The position numbers were made by a program, and so were the translations under genes. The notes beneath the pieces were generated by a model. It was not told the origin of the DNA, did not search any database, and saw only the letters and a program-made list of their open reading frames with translations. Of a DNA stretch of 64,000 bases, positions 36,393 to 43,807 are shown piece by piece. Numbering within the stretch: the stretch's first letter is position 1; each line of letters begins with the position of its first letter. Source of the stretch: a virus; the IMG/VR virus record IMGVR_UViG_3300047356_000838, positions 1 to 64,000 of that record. One strand, given 5' to 3'.

Positions 36393-37348
36393 ATACCATC
36401 TCGCATATATTCTTGAATAGCATATTTTTCAAACGGCAAACTACTCCATATATCTGTGTTTTTAAGTTTGTCTTGTAACAATATAAAACTCATTGTGTGC
36501 GGAAATAGCCAACTTTCATCATTATTCAATAAACTTCTAAGGTGAGCATTATCTGGAATATATTCTATAGATTCTTTTAGGTCTTTTGGTAATACATTTA
36601 CACACAAATAATCAGGCTCTGCTAGTATGTTATAAACAACAGGATATTTGCTCCATTGTTCAATTTCTTTTAAGTTAAAAATATTCAATACACTTATAGT
36701 TGGATTTACTGTGACTTTTGCATACATTGCTGCAGTGTGTAAATTATTTGTCCACTTGTCCCATTTAGTGCCGTAACGCAATTGTTCTCCTAAGGGACCA
36801 ATTGCATCCATACTAGCATTGACCGACACATGTTTAAATCTAGGCCAGTATATATCAATATTTTTTATTGATAACAGATTACTATTATAATGTAATGTAA
36901 CACTACTAGGATCAATGATACTATCTAATACTTGCCAGTGTTTGGGATTGATAAGTGGTTCTCCTCCAGCAAAGTAGATATGTTCTACATTTGTTAAATC
37001 TACATCAAAGTCTGTGCTTACAAATTTTGTTTCACCTAATCTATCAGCCCATTTACTACTGTAATAACTATTACAAATTGTACATTCTAGGTTACAAAGA
37101 TTATTGTTTCTTACATCTAAATATCGTATAGCATAAGTCTCATTTTTTAAACTATCAAAATTATCTTTGTACTTTGGTCCAGGATGCCTACAAGCGTCAC
37201 ATCCTGCTCCATCTCTTAAACTATGCCATGGATCTTTCCAGTCAAGGTCATTAATATCCAAAAATAAATTGTGATCAAATAAACAGCAAGGACTTACTTT
37301 TCCATCTGGATGAATACAGAATCCGCTATCAAAAGCACCACAATCCAT
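36389..37348 (-). CDS. Compact N-terminal twitch radical SAM enzyme (paralogue 1)
   Basis: C..PCC..CDAC; CNLECTIC; GGEPL; YNSN; visibly AT-rich. Confidence 0.88.
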   Translation of the reverse strand: MDCGAFDSGFCIHPDGKVSPCCLFDHNLFLDINDLDWKDPWHSLRDGAGCDACRHPGPKYKDNFDSLKNETYAIRYLDVRNNNLCNLECTICNSYYSSKWADRLGETKFVSTDFDVDLTNVEHIYFAGGEPLINPKHWQVLDSIIDPSSVTLHYNSNLLSIKNIDIYWPRFKHVSVNASMDAIGPLGEQLRYGTKWDKWTNNLHTAAMYAKVTVNPTISVLNIFNLKEIEQWSKYPVVYNILAEPDYLCVNVLPKDLKESIEYIPDNAHLRSLLNNDESWLFPHTMSFILLQDKLKNTDIWSSLPFEKYAIQEYMRDGI

Positions 37349-38259
37349 TACCAGCCTTCGTGCTTTCTAATTGCATCTATTTCCAGTGTCATAGGTCCTG
37401 CTGCACAGTATGTTTGTTCATAATACTTCTTAAAAAAAGCACTTTCTTTAATTCCTATATCTAACATAGGCAATCCAAGTCTGCTCAGAAGCGCACCGTT
37501 AATCTCAGGCATGTTCATAATATCATATTCGGAATATATCTTATCTAAATTTTCAAACCACTGTACTTGTGTATGATCCCAGTCAGTAAGCATGGTCATG
37601 TATGTACCCATTCGTGCACCATTAATTGCATCTGAACCGTGTTCTGCATCTCTGCCAACGTTATGCCACACGCTTAATCTATCAAAGTTTGACTTATGTA
37701 CCATATCTTCAAATTCAATTAGTGTAGGTTTTGTGCCATTGCGTAAACACATCTTTACACCTTCACGGAATCCTGCACGCCAAGCATGTTTAGCACTGCC
37801 ATTGGGATAGGTTGTGCTATACACATTGTTCATTGCTAGATACTTTGGATCATAACAAAACTCTACATCATTTTCATCAGTGCCATCACTTGCTTCATGT
37901 GTGCGCATGTTGTTTACGAATGTGCGTGTCCAGCAACTCATACCACCATTGCCATACATAAGTCCGTTGATGTTGTTTACTGCTTTCCAACGAAATACAC
38001 AATCCTCATGTTCTGGTTTAATATCCAGTGTAATATCAAAAAACTCTGGATAAGGCATGTTGTCACCATCAATGAGGATGAAACGTTCTGTATCACTTGC
38101 GTCTGCGGCTGCTTTGTGTGCAGCATCACTGCCCTGTACATTATCAACACGCTTTGCCCAGGGCACCATGTTTTGTATCTTAATCCAGAATTCTTCTTTC
38201 TTAGGTTCGTCGTAACTAAGATAAATGCAGTCTAGGTCTGCTACATCAACTTTTGACAT
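37348..38259 (-). CDS. GT-A fold glycosyltransferase-like protein
   Basis: IYLSYDEP, RV..V.GSD.AHKAAA, IDGDN (DxD), YGNGG, WRAGFREG.KM. Confidence 0.72.
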   Translation of the reverse strand: MSKVDVADLDCIYLSYDEPKKEEFWIKIQNMVPWAKRVDNVQGSDAAHKAAADASDTERFILIDGDNMPYPEFFDITLDIKPEHEDCVFRWKAVNNINGLMYGNGGMSCWTRTFVNNMRTHEASDGTDENDVEFCYDPKYLAMNNVYSTTYPNGSAKHAWRAGFREGVKMCLRNGTKPTLIEFEDMVHKSNFDRLSVWHNVGRDAEHGSDAINGARMGTYMTMLTDWDHTQVQWFENLDKIYSEYDIMNMPEINGALLSRLGLPMLDIGIKESAFFKKYYEQTYCAAGPMTLEIDAIRKHEGW

Positions 38260-38527
38260 ATGGATTTCTCGCTAGTTCTTGTTGTGTTAATCCCCAAGTT
38301 CGATGTTTAGGAGGACTAAATGTTAGTTTATTTTCTACTACTGTGTAGTCGTCACGTTTACTATTACACGCATCAAATTCATCTTGTGTAATAACGATAT
38401 AATCATGTTCTAATACGTCATATGATATATCTATTATACAGCCTTGATCATCATAATACAACTTATGTATTTTTTTAGTACTAGGTGGTTTTAGTTGATC
38501 TGCTACTTCAAAGAATGCGCTGCTCAT
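38246..38527 (-). CDS. Hypothetical protein
   Basis: Overlap-coupled ORF; LYYD..G.I. Confidence 0.7.
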   Translation of the reverse strand: MSSAFFEVADQLKPPSTKKIHKLYYDDQGCIIDISYDVLEHDYIVITQDEFDACNSKRDDYTVVENKLTFSPPKHRTWGLTQQELARNPYVKS

Positions 38528-39335
38528 ATCTCGTTATTAACTCCTGTGTACAAAAATCTTTGTGAAAATAATGAAATGGTCTAGTTTGTGCATATCCGTT
38601 TACACAAAATATCATATCATCTGTTAGTGCCCAACTACAAGCATCCCGCCAATCATCGTTACTAAAATCATTGATATGCTGCTTCATGTGTGTAAATGTA
38701 GGATAATCTAATGTAGGCATATAGTAATCTTCGCTGCCTAATTCAGTTGCAGCAATACTCATAAACACATCTGTATCTGCAGTGTTGTGTCTACAGTTAC
38801 TTAGCACACTTAATTTGTATATATCAAAGTTATCAAACACACGTTGACTTGTTTCAAAAAATTGTTTTGTTTCAGCACAGTGTCTAAAATACATAAAACC
38901 ATTATAAGCATTGCATAAATTGTTTTCATGCCACATCCGTCTGTGATGTTTATCTTCTACTATTTCACCTCGATAGTTGCGCACCTGTGTAGTAAAACAA
39001 ACATTCTTAAGTCTAGCACCTGCCCACCAGTGATCAATATTGCTTGTAATGAGCATGTCACTTTCTACTTTAAATGTTTCTTTGTAAGGAGTTAAGTCCC
39101 ATGCACGATTTTCATTTTCAAAAGGATGCATAGTATCAATTTGGATTATCTCGTCAAATACTTTGCGGTGATTGTCTGTAAGCAAGTCCGCTGTACTAGG
39201 ATCTACAACAACACAAAAATCATTTATTTTACAATAAGTTTTGACACTCAAAGCAAGCAGATATGCACAATGAAGATATTGTTCTCCTTGTGCAAAAGTT
39301 AGATATCCTTGCGCTTTATTTTTTTCTATGCGCAT
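38508..39335 (-). CDS. GT-A (GT8-like) glycosyltransferase-like protein
   Basis: GYLTFA...Y..CAY.LALS.K; FDEII; TPYKET.KVESDM; FTHMK; PFHY. Confidence 0.72.
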   Translation of the reverse strand: MRIEKNKAQGYLTFAQGEQYLHCAYLLALSVKTYCKINDFCVVVDPSTADLLTDNHRKVFDEIIQIDTMHPFENENRAWDLTPYKETFKVESDMLITSNIDHWWAGARLKNVCFTTQVRNYRGEIVEDKHHRRMWHENNLCNAYNGFMYFRHCAETKQFFETSQRVFDNFDIYKLSVLSNCRHNTADTDVFMSIAATELGSEDYYMPTLDYPTFTHMKQHINDFSNDDWRDACSWALTDDMIFCVNGYAQTRPFHYFHKDFCTQELITRYEQRIL

Positions 39336-40087
39336 AGTTTATCCGCTACTTCCAGCAAACTGCGTTTGTTCATTACATGTAAATCGCCTGTGTAGCGTAC
39401 AACGTTATGTGATTCTTTGTGTTCATACTTGAGTAGCCAACGCCCATTTGCATAATCCAATACACTGTCACTACTGCTAAGTGCAGGCAATGCATAGTCA
39501 AATGTTGCTGTGTTTGCATATCCGTTGCATATTTGATGTGCAATGCTCATTGCAAAATCATTGCGAAACGGTGCTTTACTAAACCCAAACAATTCTGCAT
39601 AGTAAGCGTAGTTTTCATATACCATACGCCAAGCATCAAATATACGCTTTGCACGTTCCGTTTTTTTAAAATACACAACTGTTGCCCAACGCATTTCAAA
39701 CCAATTCTGCGTCATAAAACGGTCATGTCTAAACACATCATTGCCAGAGACATCCCAACTTGAATTATGGCAAACAAAGTCGTGATCACACCCAAAATAT
39801 TTTGCTAGTGCGTCACACTGTACAATATAATCACTGTCAATCAGCAATGTTTCGTTGTATGGACTAAGTTCATAGGCACTGTATCTGCCTATGTTGTTCC
39901 ACTCTGTACCTTCTAGTTCGCCGTTAGGGTAACGAAATGTGCGAAAGTTTTTTTGTGCAGGATCTAGTTTAACTACGGTACTAGGTACACCTAAATGCTT
40001 TTCTGCTAGTCGTGCGCATGTTTCACTTAGACGTAGATAGTCTAACTGTGCGCTTTCACTGTACAGTATTAGTATGCCTTTAGACAG
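39326..40087 (-). CDS. GT-A (GT8-like) glycosyltransferase-like protein, probable CTG start
   Basis: Frame is open 80 codons upstream of the track start: (M)SKGILILY...DYL.L...SPYNETLLIDSDY (DxD), paralogous to the next gene; RNDFA.SIA, HVMNK. Confidence 0.75.
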   Translation of the reverse strand: MSKGILILYSESAQLDYLRLSETCARLAEKHLGVPSTVVKLDPAQKNFRTFRYPNGELEGTEWNNIGRYSAYELSPYNETLLIDSDYIVQCDALAKYFGCDHDFVCHNSSWDVSGNDVFRHDRFMTQNWFEMRWATVVYFKKTERAKRIFDAWRMVYENYAYYAELFGFSKAPFRNDFAMSIAHQICNGYANTATFDYALPALSSSDSVLDYANGRWLLKYEHKESHNVVRYTGDLHVMNKRSLLEVADKLCA

Positions 40088-40424
40088 AGACGTCCCCTGC
40101 TTTGCGTTTTGTTTTTAGTTCAGTGTATTCATTGTGCCAATCATTGTGTACTTCATTCCAACGAGCATCACATAGTTTTACAAGTTCTACACAGTCAATT
40201 TCAATTGGTGTATCATAACTATCTGGTATAATGCATTTAGTGCTTTGTTGAAACAGGCCTGCATTTGCATTTTTCATATACAAATAGTTAAGCAAGGTCA
40301 TATCTACACGGAATAGCCCACCATTATATGTAACAGTGAGCCGTTGCTGTTGTTGCTCTTTAAGAGTCTGTTTTTGTCGGTTGAGCTCGAATCTTTCGCG
40401 AGCATATGTTTCTAGATTTTCCAT
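40080..40424 (-). CDS. Hypothetical protein, first gene of the modification operon (probably leaderless)
   Basis: ATG 7 nt after TATAAT with no SD; NGGLF...D....PIEI. Confidence 0.75.
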   Translation of the reverse strand: MENLETYARERFELNRQKQTLKEQQQQRLTVTYNGGLFRVDMTLLNYLYMKNANAGLFQQSTKCIIPDSYDTPIEIDCVELVKLCDARWNEVHNDWHNEYTELKTKRKAGDVSV

Positions 40425-40431
40425 TCTTGAT

Positions 40432-40460
40432 ATTATAACAGGCGCCCAAGCGCCTGTCAA
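40432..40460 (-). promoter_or_regulatory. Class B consensus sigma70 promoter with a palindromic spacer
   Basis: TTGACA-GGCGCTTGGGCGCCTGT-TATAAT; inverted repeat ACAGGCGC-N4-GCGCCTGT at 40438-40457. Confidence 0.85.
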
Positions 40461-40483
40461 TAGTTAAAATGTTTTTTTATATT

Positions 40484-41608
40484 TTAGTGTTTTACACAAT
40501 CAACTGGTAGTTTGTTGTAGTCTACCATGTAGTAGCCTGCATCGTCTACTAGTAGCGCATCTTCGTACTGTGTGCCTAGCAAGTCTTGTGCCATAACACC
40601 TGACCATGTACCTTGGATACCGTTTGTGTAGTTCCACATGTATGTTTGTAGACCTTCCACAACATCCAACTTTTGAATATTTGTCTTAAGTCTAATATCA
40701 CTACTGTGTGAAACACTACCTGTTACAGTGATTGTACCACCATTGTCCGCAACATAAGTTACATCATGCTTTTCATAACCGTATGTCATTCTGTGTGTAC
40801 CTTCAACCTGATCCTGTACATTGTAGATTGACTTGTTATAACTTGTCTGATCAGCCGCCGCGTCAACCCAGTAACACCTTGCTTGAACACTAGCACCACT
40901 GTCTGCAGTTTGTAATTGCCACTGTACATAGTTTGCAGTATATGGACCTGTGTCCTCATACTGTAGGAACACTGTGAGATATGAACTTGTTAAGTCATGA
41001 TAGCCTGCTGTAGTAGTAAGGTTTGTACTTGCTGATCCTGAACCACCACTCTTGCCTGCTGTTTGTGCATACACATAGTAAGTACCTGCTTGTACAAGCA
41101 AGTTTGCCCATTGGTTACCTTTACTATCACTGCCATGTCCACTTTGTAGACCACTCATACTCAAACGTCCACCTGCGTTAAAGAAGTAACGTGCTTGGTT
41201 TGTACTGCCCCATGCCCACTTGTGAGTAAACGTTAGTGTACCTGTGAATGTTGTTGCACTATCTCTGTTTGTGTTTGCTACACTTTGACGAGCTGCAGGT
41301 GTAAGTCTGTTTGTATCAATAGTGCCGATGTTTGTTGCTAGTGCTGTGTATGCAGCAATTGTATCACCTGCACTTGGATTACTAATTGCAGTAATACTTG
41401 AGCCCTGATGAGATGCCATACTGTTCATTCTTGCTAGTAGTGTTGTCCACTGTGCCGCTGTAATTGTTGTGCCGGCACTGACAGCGGCTACTGTAGTACT
41501 TTCTCCGTAACCTCTGTCACCTGAGCCTGTACCCCAAAGTGCGTTTACACTAGTAGCAAAATCATTATAGTGATCATCGAGTATAGTATCGCCTGAAGTA
41601 TAAGCCAT
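40484..41608 (-). CDS. Tail fibre/appendage protein with a C-terminal intramolecular chaperone (peptidase S74-like)
   Basis: MAY..GD.I, ARYFFNAGG; SDIRLKTNI, GVMAQDL, YMVDY. Confidence 0.8.
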   Translation of the reverse strand: MAYTSGDTILDDHYNDFATSVNALWGTGSGDRGYGESTTVAAVSAGTTITAAQWTTLLARMNSMASHQGSSITAISNPSAGDTIAAYTALATNIGTIDTNRLTPAARQSVANTNRDSATTFTGTLTFTHKWAWGSTNQARYFFNAGGRLSMSGLQSGHGSDSKGNQWANLLVQAGTYYVYAQTAGKSGGSGSASTNLTTTAGYHDLTSSYLTVFLQYEDTGPYTANYVQWQLQTADSGASVQARCYWVDAAADQTSYNKSIYNVQDQVEGTHRMTYGYEKHDVTYVADNGGTITVTGSVSHSSDIRLKTNIQKLDVVEGLQTYMWNYTNGIQGTWSGVMAQDLLGTQYEDALLVDDAGYYMVDYNKLPVDCVKH

Positions 41609-41623
41609 TTAGTTTTTCTCCGA

Positions 41624-43078
41624 TTAGTTAATTGTTACAAAGGCTTCTACAGTGCCTTCTTCCATAGTTGTTTTTGTTTGGATTGCTCTGCCGATAACAT
41701 TGAAAGCATTAATTGATTCGTCATCTGATGCAGCTCTTGCCATGCCGTTTCCTGCACTAACAAGTCTATCACCTTTATTTACCAAGCCTAAAACACGCAC
41801 TGGAACACGACCTGCTACTGCCACTGGCGCACCGCCATCTTGTGCAGAATTCATTAAGTATGCAGGGCGTGTGCTTACCACACCAAACACACTGTCTGAA
41901 AGTTCTTCATTTACTGCAGTAATTTCTTCCACACCACCTAGTGCTACTACTGTACCTGGAGCGTAACTGTTATCAGGACGGAAGTTTTCCGCCAAGTCAG
42001 CATATTCTGCTGCAGTTGCAGTTCCGTTAAATGTTGTTGCAAACACTGTTGCAACTCTGTTGCCACTACTACCAAAGTTTACTGTGCCACTAACAAGAAT
42101 GTCTCCTGTCATTGTGCCGCCACTAAGTAATAGTCCGCCACTGCCTGAGACTGCACTGTCAACATATGCTTTAGTTGCAACACCTAGGTTATCACTAGGA
42201 GCACCTGCTACAAGAACACGGTTTGTTGCACCATCAATGGTCATTGCTGTTGAAACAACACCACCATCGTTAACTTTAATAAGAATGTCACCATCACTTG
42301 TGGCATTACTAATACTTACATCACTTCCACTTACACCAACTGTTAGGTCACTGTCAACACCAACAACTAGTCCTGTGTCGTTTAGTACACTAAGTACACC
42401 ACTTGTTGAATCACTAGCATCACTGCGCAAGTAACTTGCTGCTGCTACGCCACCAAGTGCGTCTGAATCTGTTGCTGTACCTACAAACTTGTTGCCTGTA
42501 ACTGCAGTACTAAGTTGAATACCTGGCTTTACTGTTGCAAATCCTGAGATAGCACTCTGCGGAGTGAATGTTGTATCTTTGGATACTGTAGCAACTAAAA
42601 CGTTGTTTGTATAAAGTTTAACAACAACATGATCTGTACTACCACTGTCTGTAACTGTTTCAACAATAGCACCTGATGTTCCTGTGCCACTTGTAAATGA
42701 TGGACCAATAGTTGTAAAGTTAGTTCCGTTATATACTTTTAACTGTCCGTTAGTGGTATCCCACCACAAATCACCGGTAACACTACCAGTTGGTGTACTT
42801 CCACTTGCTGTACTACTACTAACAGTTTTAAATGTTGTTCCTGTATAAACCTTAAGTAGGTTGTTTGTTTTGTCCCACCACATTTGACCTGCAACTGGGC
42901 TTGCTGGTGCACTAGTGTTACTAAAGTTTTCCAATAGTTTTACTAGGTTCTCGTTAAAGAATTCACCGTAACCAGCATAGTTCTTACCAATAAGCGTAAG
43001 ATCTGTGGTTGTATCAATGGTTCCATCTGCTACTGTTGCAAGAATAGTACCGTCGGTTTTGTTAACTGTATAAGCCAT
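41624..43078 (-). CDS. Tail fibre-like structural protein with a C-terminal YADLAE domain
   Basis: GKNYAGYGE..NEN.VKLLENF; two G.(M/L)WWD....LKVY repeats; ATKAYVD; YADLAE...GRVPVRV. Confidence 0.8.
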   Translation of the reverse strand: MAYTVNKTDGTILATVADGTIDTTTDLTLIGKNYAGYGEFFNENLVKLLENFSNTSAPASPVAGQMWWDKTNNLLKVYTGTTFKTVSSSTASGSTPTGSVTGDLWWDTTNGQLKVYNGTNFTTIGPSFTSGTGTSGAIVETVTDSGSTDHVVVKLYTNNVLVATVSKDTTFTPQSAISGFATVKPGIQLSTAVTGNKFVGTATDSDALGGVAAASYLRSDASDSTSGVLSVLNDTGLVVGVDSDLTVGVSGSDVSISNATSDGDILIKVNDGGVVSTAMTIDGATNRVLVAGAPSDNLGVATKAYVDSAVSGSGGLLLSGGTMTGDILVSGTVNFGSSGNRVATVFATTFNGTATAAEYADLAENFRPDNSYAPGTVVALGGVEEITAVNEELSDSVFGVVSTRPAYLMNSAQDGGAPVAVAGRVPVRVLGLVNKGDRLVSAGNGMARAASDDESINAFNVIGRAIQTKTTMEEGTVEAFVTIN

Positions 43079-43109
43079 TTTTATTTGCTCCGCATGTATT
43101 CGTTAGTAT

Positions 43110-43117
43110 TATTTATC
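43110..43117 (-). promoter_or_regulatory. Putative late promoter GATAAATA
   Basis: T4-like TAAATA core upstream of a structural gene. Confidence 0.55.
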
Positions 43118-43137
43118 CACTTTATAAACTTAGTATA

Positions 43138-43803
43138 TTATATGCTACTAAGATTAGTCAGTGTTTGAATTCTAACTGTGTAATCAATCTGTATAAGTCT
43201 GTTTAGACTTTTTTGTACCGGGTGAAAAACAACGTGTGTTAATAGTTTACCCGTGTTAACTGTGCCTGTCCAGCTACGCAGTCCAAGCTCATCAAATGTG
43301 TATGTGTCATTAAAGTTACTGGTGTTGTCAAATGCTGCTTGACTGTTTGGCTCGCCGTAGTCTAACAAACAACTTACAACAATATCTGTGTAAATTTGTC
43401 CTGCTGTGTGGTTTACACTAAGTTTATTTCTTGCTGTATCTGTGTTCAAACTACTGTTGTCATCTACAACTTTATAGTAGGTTTGATTATAAAGGTTAGC
43501 ATTAGCGCCGCTGCTGTTTGCTGGCAAGTATGTAATTACACCTGTTGGATCAACACTGGTGCCACCATTACCAAATGCCATTTCATGAACAAACCCTGTG
43601 GTCTTGTTTGCAACGCTAAGTGCAAGTGCTTCACTCATGTTCTCATAATGAATAGCGTTGCGCTTGTTCACATAATCTTCACCTGTCTCGGGATCAAAGA
43701 TACGAATATGACCTTCCATCATCACACCACTTACGTCTTTAATAGCACTTTCGGGCTGTTGTGGTTGTTCAATATCGTCTTTGTTCATGTCTTGTTCTTT
43801 CAT
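43138..43803 (-). CDS. Virion structural protein (baseplate/tail-associated)
   Basis: GHIRIFDP...NAIHYEN, FDELGL, LLTHV.FHPVQKSLNR; lies between structural genes. Confidence 0.7.
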   Translation of the reverse strand: MKEQDMNKDDIEQPQQPESAIKDVSGVMMEGHIRIFDPETGEDYVNKRNAIHYENMSEALALSVANKTTGFVHEMAFGNGGTSVDPTGVITYLPANSSGANANLYNQTYYKVVDDNSSLNTDTARNKLSVNHTAGQIYTDIVVSCLLDYGEPNSQAAFDNTSNFNDTYTFDELGLRSWTGTVNTGKLLTHVVFHPVQKSLNRLIQIDYTVRIQTLTNLSSI

Positions 43804-43807
43804 AGTT

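Noticed and set aside
29340-37348. Assignment as MoaA, PqqE or anaerobic sulfatase maturase
   Set aside because: The auxiliary cluster is N-terminal, and no moaC, pqq or sulfatase partner genes are present
20477-40424. Bacterial LPS/capsule or secondary-metabolite island (chimeric contig)
   Set aside because: Contiguous with phage tail and thyX genes, with the same promoter class and gene overlaps; no flippase, polymerase, transporter or regulator
40438-40457. Canonical rho-independent terminator
   Set aside because: The hairpin lacks an adjacent U-tract on either strand; kept only as a promoter-embedded palindrome
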